Shown here piece after piece: positions 46,801-53,192 of a stretch of DNA of 64,000 nucleotides. The stretch is taken from contig CAZGNZ010000001.1 of the NCBI GenBank assembly GCA_964527215.1, positions 193,276 to 257,275 of the forward strand. The letters run 5' to 3'. Origin of the DNA: an uncultured bacterium. GTDB lineage: Bacteria > Fidelibacterota > Marinisomatia > SCGC-AAA003-L08 > JACNLC01. Under the pieces are notes generated by a model. That model was given only the letters and a program-made list of their open reading frames with translations, was not told the origin of the DNA and searched no databases. Position 1 is the stretch's first letter; every line of letters starts with the position of its first letter. The position numbers and the translations under genes were made by a program.

Positions 46801-47374
46801 GGTGGCCGTGTTCTGGGATGATTTGAAAACATCGGGCGGCGGACAGGCATACAGTTATATTGACGAAGATGCCGGCATCGTCATTATAGAATGGTCCGAC
46901 ATGCACACCTATGACAACAACAGTCCCGAAACCTTTCAGATTATACTCATCGACGCCATATCTCCCACCGGTGATGATGAAATGATCCTGCAGTACAAAG
47001 ACTTCAATAATACTACCACCGGCAATCTGGAGAGCGGCGGTGTGATTCACGGCTCTCACTGCACGGTTGGTATTGAAAACCATTTGGGAACGGACGGTCT
47101 CCTGTACACCTATGACGATGAATATCCGGAAGCAGCCCTGGAAATCACAGATGAGACCGCACTCTTTATCACTACCCGGCAGCCGCTGGCACTGCTGAAG
47201 GGCGATGTAAATCAGGATGGCGGCGTGGATATTCTGGATATTGTGCTGGTGGTCAATGATATCGTAAATATTACTCCCCTGGGACCGCTGGAACTGTATA
47301 TCGCGGATATGGATGAAAACGGTATTGTCAATATTCTGGATGTGATCCAGATGATCAACAATATTGTACAGTAA
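43826..47374 (+). CDS. Peptidase C25 (gingipain)-like secreted protein with NIDO-like domain and C-terminal dockerin-like module
   Basis: Signal peptide. C25-type blocks (YSQLDGTDIFPEVLIGRISV; FNYRGYIGTSGFG...FVTFLTCSTGGF). Later IPFTFTFYGVDYTEISVSSNGWISF...VAVFWDDL (NIDO-like). The tail is GDVNQDGGVDILDIVLVVNDIV...ADMDENGIVNILDVIQMINNIVQ at 47201..47371. Confidence 0.8.
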   Translation: MKTTRLYTALTFIFLTFLSAGTLGRFELMEPSDSETRLNFRLDQFSMTETGRFQKFEIETAGKTTEAGMPELPVFSTMFQMEPGITYEVTYQVRQSSVMTDIDLLPSSGIEEPEPGQETADPDDSAYGTIAVYPQSNISISEPHIMRGLELAVVTLIPFSYSPQTRQLEIYEEVEIQVFESGTRPIGNIVNMPRSRTFEPLYESLIVNYEPTDRDEDFQQPAILYVCGGGSNGAINHPSFNDLVEWRHQRGWVVYTAHTGQTGSSSSNIKNYIEDAYETLNPPPEIVGLVGDVGGSFDIPTWYENWSWYSGEGDHPYSQLDGTDIFPEVLIGRISVNSSTDIANVINKTIAYEQAYYVENNWLEKAALVGDPTHSGLSTIITNQYIENMMSNYGFEDIRTNYGDGNYSSWMQSQLNEGIAYFNYRGYIGTSGFGTSNINNANNGYMTPFVTFLTCSTGGFSGTAITESFLRAGTVASPKGGVAAIGTATSGTHTLYNNIVQMGIYEGIFSRGLETAGGALASGKLALYNAYPNNPDDKVSIFTHWNNLMGDPGLHLWTDTPLQLIVEHAETVGAGTNIIDVLVTDTDGIPVEDAWVTLLADDDAIFTTVLTNSEGLATLPLNTEYTGDVLVTVTKKNVAPSQTSFDISSDGPAVNIVETDITVDDSAGNNDGILNPGETVTLTIAFANYGNEPAENVVATISSDNELVEFQNTSSTFEFFDLGQLYYGNYEFTLAAEAVQNEALGLRIDMMDAGGVSGVASVPMHVNGAKLEIDGYSVVGQDYLLAGVSNQVRVELYNEGMVSSENVQGYVISHTQLLDVETADLSWNSIESLGSAESSQTFSVYASNDIIRGSILSLEIELWNDAGYDRSVILNLQVGEVTVMDPLGPDAFGHYIYDSEDLNYSLAVPYDWIEIDPSLGGDGTSLNLNDQGYGNPVSQLSAHLDIPFTFTFYGVDYTEISVSSNGWISFGDVESESFRNYPLPGPGGPSPMVAVFWDDLKTSGGGQAYSYIDEDAGIVIIEWSDMHTYDNNSPETFQIILIDAISPTGDDEMILQYKDFNNTTTGNLESGGVIHGSHCTVGIENHLGTDGLLYTYDDEYPEAALEITDETALFITTRQPLALLKGDVNQDGGVDILDIVLVVNDIVNITPLGPLELYIADMDENGIVNILDVIQMINNIVQ

Positions 47375-47409
47375 CAAAAACCGGGACGGACTTAATCGGG
47401 ATCTGATCA

Positions 47410-48573
47410 GTGGAAATTCTGATACTGTTCATACTGATAATTACTCTTTTGCTGCTGGGATGGCGGGAAAACCACCGCCATCTCATTTCCCTGCAGCGGA
47501 TCCCCATGCGCATACACATCAATGGAGCAAGGGGTAAATCCAGTGTTACTCGTCTGATCGCCGCCGGATTGCGAAACGGCGGACTGCGGACTCTGGCCAA
47601 GACCACCGGTTCAGCACCCAGAGTCATTACCATGGAGGGGAAGGATCAGGTGATCCATCGTCTTCGCAGTGCATCCATTGGCGAGCAGGTTCGTCTGCTG
47701 AGGGGATTTGCCCGTCAGAAGCCGGATGTTGTGGTGATGGAATGCATGGCCGTACAGCCCCAGTACCAGTGGGTGGCTGAGCAGAAAATGGTGCAGTCCA
47801 CCATTGGTGTGATCACCAATGTCCGTCCGGATCATCTGGAGGAAATGGGGCCCCGGCTTTCGGATATTGCCTATTCGCTTTCCAATACCATTCCCTTCAA
47901 CGGCCTCATGGTTACGGCTGAGCACAAGAAGCTGAAAGAACTGCGGGAAATCGCAGGCAAACGACATACTCGGCTGTTTGAGGTTCATTCTGAAGATATT
48001 TCCCTGGATTACATGAACCGGTTTCCATATCTGGAGCATGATGAAAATGTGGCCCTCGCAGTCAAAGTATGCGAACTGGCCGGTATTTCCCGGAAAACTG
48101 CTTTGGACGGAATGATTCATGCCAAACCGGATCCGGGTGCACTGGTACTGTGGAAACTGAAATTCAATGGTAATACCTGTCGGTTTGTCAATGCATTTGC
48201 CGCCAATGATCCACTGTCCACGTTGAAAATCTGGCAGCTGGTGGAACATCGTCTTGTCGATGAAAAAACATGTGTTTTCCTGAACACAAGACCGGACCGG
48301 CGTTCACGAACGCGGCAGATGATGAGTCTTGTAAAAGACTATATTAAACCCAGTATTCTTATTATTCGCGGTGACAATCTCTCCGTTTCGCTTTTGGATG
48401 AATTAAGAAAAGCCCGAATTGCCGTACACACGTATCCCCTGAGTGTAAAACCTGAAGAAGCCGTCTCCAAACTGGCCAAACTGGATAAGCATTTTATATT
48501 TGGTATTGGCAATATGGTCGGGTGGGGAGACAGTTTTGTAACAACGCTGAAGAAGTATCGTATCAATGATTGA
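47410..48573 (+). CDS. pgsB: Poly-gamma-glutamate synthase PgsB/CapB
   Basis: Collinear by eye with B. subtilis PgsB: N-terminal TM, INGARGKSSVTRL (cf. INGIRGKSTVTRL), ECMAVQPQYQ, PDPGAL, FAANDPLST. GTG start. Confidence 0.93.
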   Translation: MEILILFILIITLLLLGWRENHRHLISLQRIPMRIHINGARGKSSVTRLIAAGLRNGGLRTLAKTTGSAPRVITMEGKDQVIHRLRSASIGEQVRLLRGFARQKPDVVVMECMAVQPQYQWVAEQKMVQSTIGVITNVRPDHLEEMGPRLSDIAYSLSNTIPFNGLMVTAEHKKLKELREIAGKRHTRLFEVHSEDISLDYMNRFPYLEHDENVALAVKVCELAGISRKTALDGMIHAKPDPGALVLWKLKFNGNTCRFVNAFAANDPLSTLKIWQLVEHRLVDEKTCVFLNTRPDRRSRTRQMMSLVKDYIKPSILIIRGDNLSVSLLDELRKARIAVHTYPLSVKPEEAVSKLAKLDKHFIFGIGNMVGWGDSFVTTLKKYRIND

Positions 48574-49018
48574 AAATGTTGAAATTGCTGTCGGACTTGG
48601 AATTGTTCTGAGTCTGTTTCTGACCGAAACACTGGGTGTCACCGCCGGCGGAGTAATCGTTCCGGGGTACATCGCTCTGTACCTGCACCATCCCTGGCAG
48701 GTGATAAGTACGTTTGCCGTCGCACTGACGGTGTATTTTATCATCCAGGGACTGTCCCGTGTCATGCTGATTTACGGGAAACGCCGACTGGTTCTCAGCC
48801 TGCTCCTGGGATTTTTCCTGGGGGTTCTTACCAAAAAATATCTTCTGTTCCCGGAAGAAGGGGTAAACCTGGCCGTGATCGGTAATATTATTCCGGGTCT
48901 GATTGCCAGCTGGATGGACAGGCAGGGAGTCACGCGTACTGCAAGTGTGATCCTGATCGTGGCCGTGGTCGTTCAGCTGTTTCTTATGGTGACCGGACTG
49001 GAGGTGCCCAATGTTTAG
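48566..49018 (+). CDS. pgsC: Poly-gamma-glutamate biosynthesis membrane protein PgsC/CapC
   Basis: GGVIVPGYIALY, MLIYGKRR and IIPGLIASW match PgsC (AGLVVPGYLAL, MILYGRRK, IVPGLIAN). 8-nt overlap with pgsB. Confidence 0.9.
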   Translation: MIENVEIAVGLGIVLSLFLTETLGVTAGGVIVPGYIALYLHHPWQVISTFAVALTVYFIIQGLSRVMLIYGKRRLVLSLLLGFFLGVLTKKYLLFPEEGVNLAVIGNIIPGLIASWMDRQGVTRTASVILIVAVVVQLFLMVTGLEVPNV

Positions 49019-50132
49019 ACCTGCAATTCAGCAGACACGGGTTCTGGTTGGAATCGCAGTGTTTAATCTTTTGGTTTTTTTGATCGCATCAAAATCCACC
49101 GTTGTGGCAGAAGCCCGAGGATACACCGAGAAAATTGAATCCGCGCGTCTGATGCAGTCTGCAATGCAGACGCTGAAGGAATCCCGAACCGGAGCTGATG
49201 CCGTGTTCGTGGATGTTGAAAATGATCCCAACGAAACCGCTTTGGTCGGGCCCCAGTACAGCCTGATTACCACAGATGAGGGGAATCTGGATCACAAGCT
49301 CACCACCCTGAATCCCAATTTTGCGGCACTGTTTGTCGATCTGCTTCTGGAAGCAGGCTGTCAGCCGGGAGATCCGGTGGCAGTGGCCGTGACCGGATCC
49401 ATGCCGGGCGCAAATCTGGCATTGTATTCCGCGATGAGCGTTCTGGACCTTGAACCGTTTATCATAACATCCGTCGGCGCATCACAATGGGGAGCCACTG
49501 ATCCGTGGTTCACATGGCTGGATATGGAAACCATCCTGAAGAACGCCGGGGTATTTGAATTCAAGAGTTCTGCGGCATCCATCGGCGGAAAGGGAGATAC
49601 CGGTAAAGGAGTCAGTCTGCGGGGCCGGGAACTGCTTTGGGAATCCATTTACCGGAACAATATCGCTCTGATCCAGGAAGCCAACCTGCTGCAGAGTATG
49701 GATGTCCGTCAGTCAACTTACGAGGGCAATCTGCCGCTGGATCAATACAAAGCCTATATCAATATTGGCGGGGGTGCTGCAAGCGTCGGTCCCAGTATTA
49801 ATGCAAGGCTGATTCCAACCGGTGTGGTTCCCGCAGAAGAACTTCGCGGCTTAGGCGGACGCAGTGTGCTTTCTGAATTTGCACAGGCCGGGGTATCTGT
49901 GGTGCATCTGCTGGATGTTCCAGAAATTTCCGCGGATAACGACCTTCCGTCCGCACCCGTTCCACTGCCGGAAATCGGCAGCGGAAAACTGTATTCCGAA
50001 TTGAAATATAATATCTGGATCGCTTTTACTGCACTGCTGCTGACTGTCGGTGTGACCATTTATATCGGTGTGCTGAGTCATCGTCAGATCAAGCACAGAA
50101 TGGAGACCTATGAACCCGAATCAATCCTGTAA
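49011..50132 (+). CDS. Likely 'poly-gamma-glutamate system protein' (PgsA-replacing third component)
   Basis: 373 aa with TM segments at both ends. It overlaps pgsC by 8 nt. It has no similarity to the metallophosphoesterase-like PgsA/CapA. The assignment rests on position and my memory of the family that accompanies PgsBC outside Bacillus, so it needs an HMM check. Confidence 0.5.
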   Translation: MFRPAIQQTRVLVGIAVFNLLVFLIASKSTVVAEARGYTEKIESARLMQSAMQTLKESRTGADAVFVDVENDPNETALVGPQYSLITTDEGNLDHKLTTLNPNFAALFVDLLLEAGCQPGDPVAVAVTGSMPGANLALYSAMSVLDLEPFIITSVGASQWGATDPWFTWLDMETILKNAGVFEFKSSAASIGGKGDTGKGVSLRGRELLWESIYRNNIALIQEANLLQSMDVRQSTYEGNLPLDQYKAYINIGGGAASVGPSINARLIPTGVVPAEELRGLGGRSVLSEFAQAGVSVVHLLDVPEISADNDLPSAPVPLPEIGSGKLYSELKYNIWIAFTALLLTVGVTIYIGVLSHRQIKHRMETYEPESIL

Positions 50133-51021
50133 GTTTTGGCTGATCTTTTCCGTTTTCCTCTGCAGTACGGCCCTGTCCGGGGTCATTTCACCGCTGGAGT
50201 CGGAGAAGCGGGAAATTCTGACCATCAATGAAAAACGGCGGACCTACTATCAACTCCACAATGAACCTCTGAACTACCAGATCAAGGGTCCCCGTGAACT
50301 CACGCTGTACGCTCGAAAAGCGGTTCCAAAACACAACAAAAAACTGCATGGTTTCGGGTACCAGATTGGGCTGGATGACGGAGAGCCGGTGCTGGTTTCA
50401 CACGAGAAAGCGCTCTACAGTGCCGTCAAATCCGGAGCTCATCCCGGACACAGTTATACTTCCAGCGGAAAATACATCATCAAGATTCCCGCCGGACATC
50501 ACACCCTCACGCTGGCACCGCTGAAACCCCGAAGCGGACCGGTGCTGATTCGAATCATTGCTTCAGATCCGCCGGACAAGGAAAACGGCATATTCCTGGC
50601 GCCCAGTCATGGAGAAGATCCGGTACATCTCAGAATCGCCGGTAAAAAAATCCGGTATTTTGAACTGCTTGGAAACCAGCCGCTGAATTTCGATCTGGAC
50701 GGTCCGGGAGTAATGGAAGTCCGGAGCAGGCTGGCCTTCCTCGACTGGATGGGACCGGAAGAACCCTACCGCATTCGGGTGAAACTCGACGGTGTTCCGG
50801 AAGGGACCTTTTTCTTTACGGCAGACAAATCCGATGCCACGGATGTCATGGAAGACAAAACCATCGTCCCCGGTAAATGGCGTTCCTGCGACATCAGGAT
50901 TCCACAGGGGGCTCACAACGTGACTCTCGAACTGCTCAACCGGGATAAAAAGGTGTACGTTCGCTGCAAAGAATACAAGCCTGCTGCAGAATCGAACCAG
51001 CGTTTGAATCCGAAGCGATGA
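50110..51021 (+). CDS. Secreted protein made of two tandem homologous ~130-aa domains (unknown function)
   Basis: Signal peptide FWLIFSVFLCSTALSG. Half 1 is YYQLHNEPLNYQIKGPRELTLYAR...GYQIGLDDGEPV...IKIPAGHHTLTL. Half 2 is YFELLGNQPLNFDLDGPGVMEVRSR...RIRVKLDGVPEG...IRIPQGAHNVTLEL. 23-nt overlap with the upstream gene. Confidence 0.75.
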   Translation: MNPNQSCKFWLIFSVFLCSTALSGVISPLESEKREILTINEKRRTYYQLHNEPLNYQIKGPRELTLYARKAVPKHNKKLHGFGYQIGLDDGEPVLVSHEKALYSAVKSGAHPGHSYTSSGKYIIKIPAGHHTLTLAPLKPRSGPVLIRIIASDPPDKENGIFLAPSHGEDPVHLRIAGKKIRYFELLGNQPLNFDLDGPGVMEVRSRLAFLDWMGPEEPYRIRVKLDGVPEGTFFFTADKSDATDVMEDKTIVPGKWRSCDIRIPQGAHNVTLELLNRDKKVYVRCKEYKPAAESNQRLNPKR

Positions 51022-52070
51022 ACCGGTTTTTTATCAAATTCACCCTCGGTTTTTTAACAGCCATGCTGCCGGCCGCCATCCTGGCTTCCGGATTCTCGGT
51101 ACCGGTGGTGCTGACACCTGCAGTATCGGTGGGATACGACTCCAATTTTCTGAAACTGTCTGATGAGGAAATGGACCGCGCAGATCTGGACCGCAGCTAT
51201 CTGGGTGATTCAGAAAACTTTGATTCCGCGTTCCTCAAACCGGAATTTCGACTGCAGTATGCGCCGTATCTCCTGGGTGAGAATGAAACCAGACTGGTTT
51301 TTTGGACAGCATACTCTCACTACACTCAATCAGACATAAAAGGCTATGCTTCCTGGCTCGTGCGGCTGGAGCAGCATCTTGGCCCCTATTCCTGGCTGAA
51401 ACTCCAGATTTCCCAACTGCCTGAATTTTATCTGCGAACCTATATCGACCGGGACTACACCAGCAAGCTTCGCCAGGACTGCAGTTTCTCCTATGAATCA
51501 TGGTACGTCAGTTATTCCCTGCCCCTGATGAAAAAGACATGGGCTCAGGTGAAGCGGCAGGAGTCCAAGGAATATTATAATCCGGTGTTTGCGGAATTCG
51601 ACACGGAAAAAACCGGAACCGAATTGAAAATCTCCAGCACACTGGTTCGCGACTGGCGGTTTCAGGCCTGGGCGGAGATGGGGTCCGCGGACAATGTTTC
51701 ATTTCAGTCGGGACTGAACAGTACCCGTCAGGACCGTTCGTATGACTATCTCGAATACGGCGGCAGCATTCGCCGAACGCTGGATTGCTGGATTAAGGAT
51801 ATTGCCCTCAAAGCGGATTTTCATTACCGGGAATACCATACCGATGATCCTGAGGATCCCCTGCATGCCGGCCGGGAGCATCTGGACGGGAAATTTACCC
51901 TCACTATGAATCGCCCTCTGACTGGTAACTGGAATGCCCAGCTGAACCTTCGCTACCGCAATAAATTCACGGAATCGGGATACGACTGGGTAGAGGATTT
52001 AAAATCATTTGAGCAGTTCCAGATTTGGCTCAAAATCAGTTACCGTTTTCATTCAGACATTCTTTATTAA
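51018..52070 (+). CDS. Predicted small outer-membrane beta-barrel protein
   Basis: Signal peptide. Amphipathic strand pattern throughout. C-terminal ...FQIWLKISYRFHSDILY ends in an aromatic residue. ATGA overlap with the upstream gene. Confidence 0.65.
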   Translation: MNRFFIKFTLGFLTAMLPAAILASGFSVPVVLTPAVSVGYDSNFLKLSDEEMDRADLDRSYLGDSENFDSAFLKPEFRLQYAPYLLGENETRLVFWTAYSHYTQSDIKGYASWLVRLEQHLGPYSWLKLQISQLPEFYLRTYIDRDYTSKLRQDCSFSYESWYVSYSLPLMKKTWAQVKRQESKEYYNPVFAEFDTEKTGTELKISSTLVRDWRFQAWAEMGSADNVSFQSGLNSTRQDRSYDYLEYGGSIRRTLDCWIKDIALKADFHYREYHTDDPEDPLHAGREHLDGKFTLTMNRPLTGNWNAQLNLRYRNKFTESGYDWVEDLKSFEQFQIWLKISYRFHSDILY

Positions 52071-52094
52071 ACTCGATGATTGGAATTTTTGCAG

Positions 52095-53180
52095 ATGAAA
52101 CACTTTAAGTACCCACTGTATTTCCTGCTGACACTGGCATTTTTTACGCAGGCCTGCATATCACCCTCAGACCCGGAAGGTCTGAAATCTGAACATGTCA
52201 TCACCATTGACACCATTGGATACTGCAAGGATTTTGACCTGAATGATACCCTGCTGGTGCTGGCTGCCAATGAAAACGGCTATATGGTATTTGAATATGA
52301 ATTTGATGCCCAGGGACAGTTCCATTATGAGTTTATTTATGACGACAATGATATGGACAATGACGGAAGCGGGGTGGATAAAATTTCTTCCGTGCAAATC
52401 TCCGAGCAGTTTCCGCTGCTGTACCTGATGGATCACAGCGACGGTGTGTACTACACCAATATCGGAATGCCCGATGATGATCTTGCAACGGGCAAGCTGG
52501 GCGGAGGTCTTTCGGAAAACCGGGATATTGTGCGCAGCATGATCCTGGATGATTCCCGTCCGGACCAGCCCATTCTGTATTCCCTGCGCAAGCCGGGCAG
52601 CGCTGAAAATTATACGGAAATCAATGCCCGGTACCTGTCGGCGTTTGGAGAAAACCCGATGTTTGTTTTTGAAAATGATACACCCAGCTGGGGAATCCTG
52701 AATGAGGCAGCGGAAAGTATCTGCCTGGCCGACAGTCTGATGTCGGTGACCCTGTCCGAACTGGGTGTGGCGGTGTACAGGCAGCAGGCGGACGGTTCGC
52801 TGGTTGAATTTACCGCTTTCGATACACCGGGTATCGCGCAGACCGTGTATTCCGTTGGTCAGAGAATATTTGCGGGTCTGGATGAGGATTTTGGTTGTTA
52901 CACCGCGTTACTTGATTCGGTAGGCAATATTGACCATACATTTAATATCGCAGAAGGTTATTCGGTTCGCAGCATTCACTATAACGACGGTATTCTGGCG
53001 CTGGCCTGCGGGAACGACGGCGTGCTGCTTTTTGAATGGAGCGGGACAGACAGCGATCACACATTTGAAGAACTGGGCTGGCTGGAATCGGCGTATGCCT
53101 ATCGAGCCCACGTTTATGACAGTCAGAAAATTTTTGTGGCCACCCGCAGTGGTCTGCAGTTATTTAATCTGGAAAACTAA
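52095..53180 (+). CDS. Hypothetical lipoprotein (possibly beta-propeller)
   Basis: MKHFKYPLYFLLTLAFFTQAC has a lipobox. The ORF opens at 52080. No catalytic motifs were recognised. Confidence 0.65.
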   Translation: MKHFKYPLYFLLTLAFFTQACISPSDPEGLKSEHVITIDTIGYCKDFDLNDTLLVLAANENGYMVFEYEFDAQGQFHYEFIYDDNDMDNDGSGVDKISSVQISEQFPLLYLMDHSDGVYYTNIGMPDDDLATGKLGGGLSENRDIVRSMILDDSRPDQPILYSLRKPGSAENYTEINARYLSAFGENPMFVFENDTPSWGILNEAAESICLADSLMSVTLSELGVAVYRQQADGSLVEFTAFDTPGIAQTVYSVGQRIFAGLDEDFGCYTALLDSVGNIDHTFNIAEGYSVRSIHYNDGILALACGNDGVLLFEWSGTDSDHTFEELGWLESAYAYRAHVYDSQKIFVATRSGLQLFNLEN

Positions 53181-53192
53181 AAAGGAATCATT

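Noticed and set aside
47201-47371. C-terminal tails of the four large + strand proteins as T9SS (Por) C-terminal sorting domains.
   Set aside because: The tails consist of two short DxNxDGxxDxxD loops plus helices (dockerin-like), not the ~80-aa beta-sandwich CTD pattern. No T9SS component genes are in the window.
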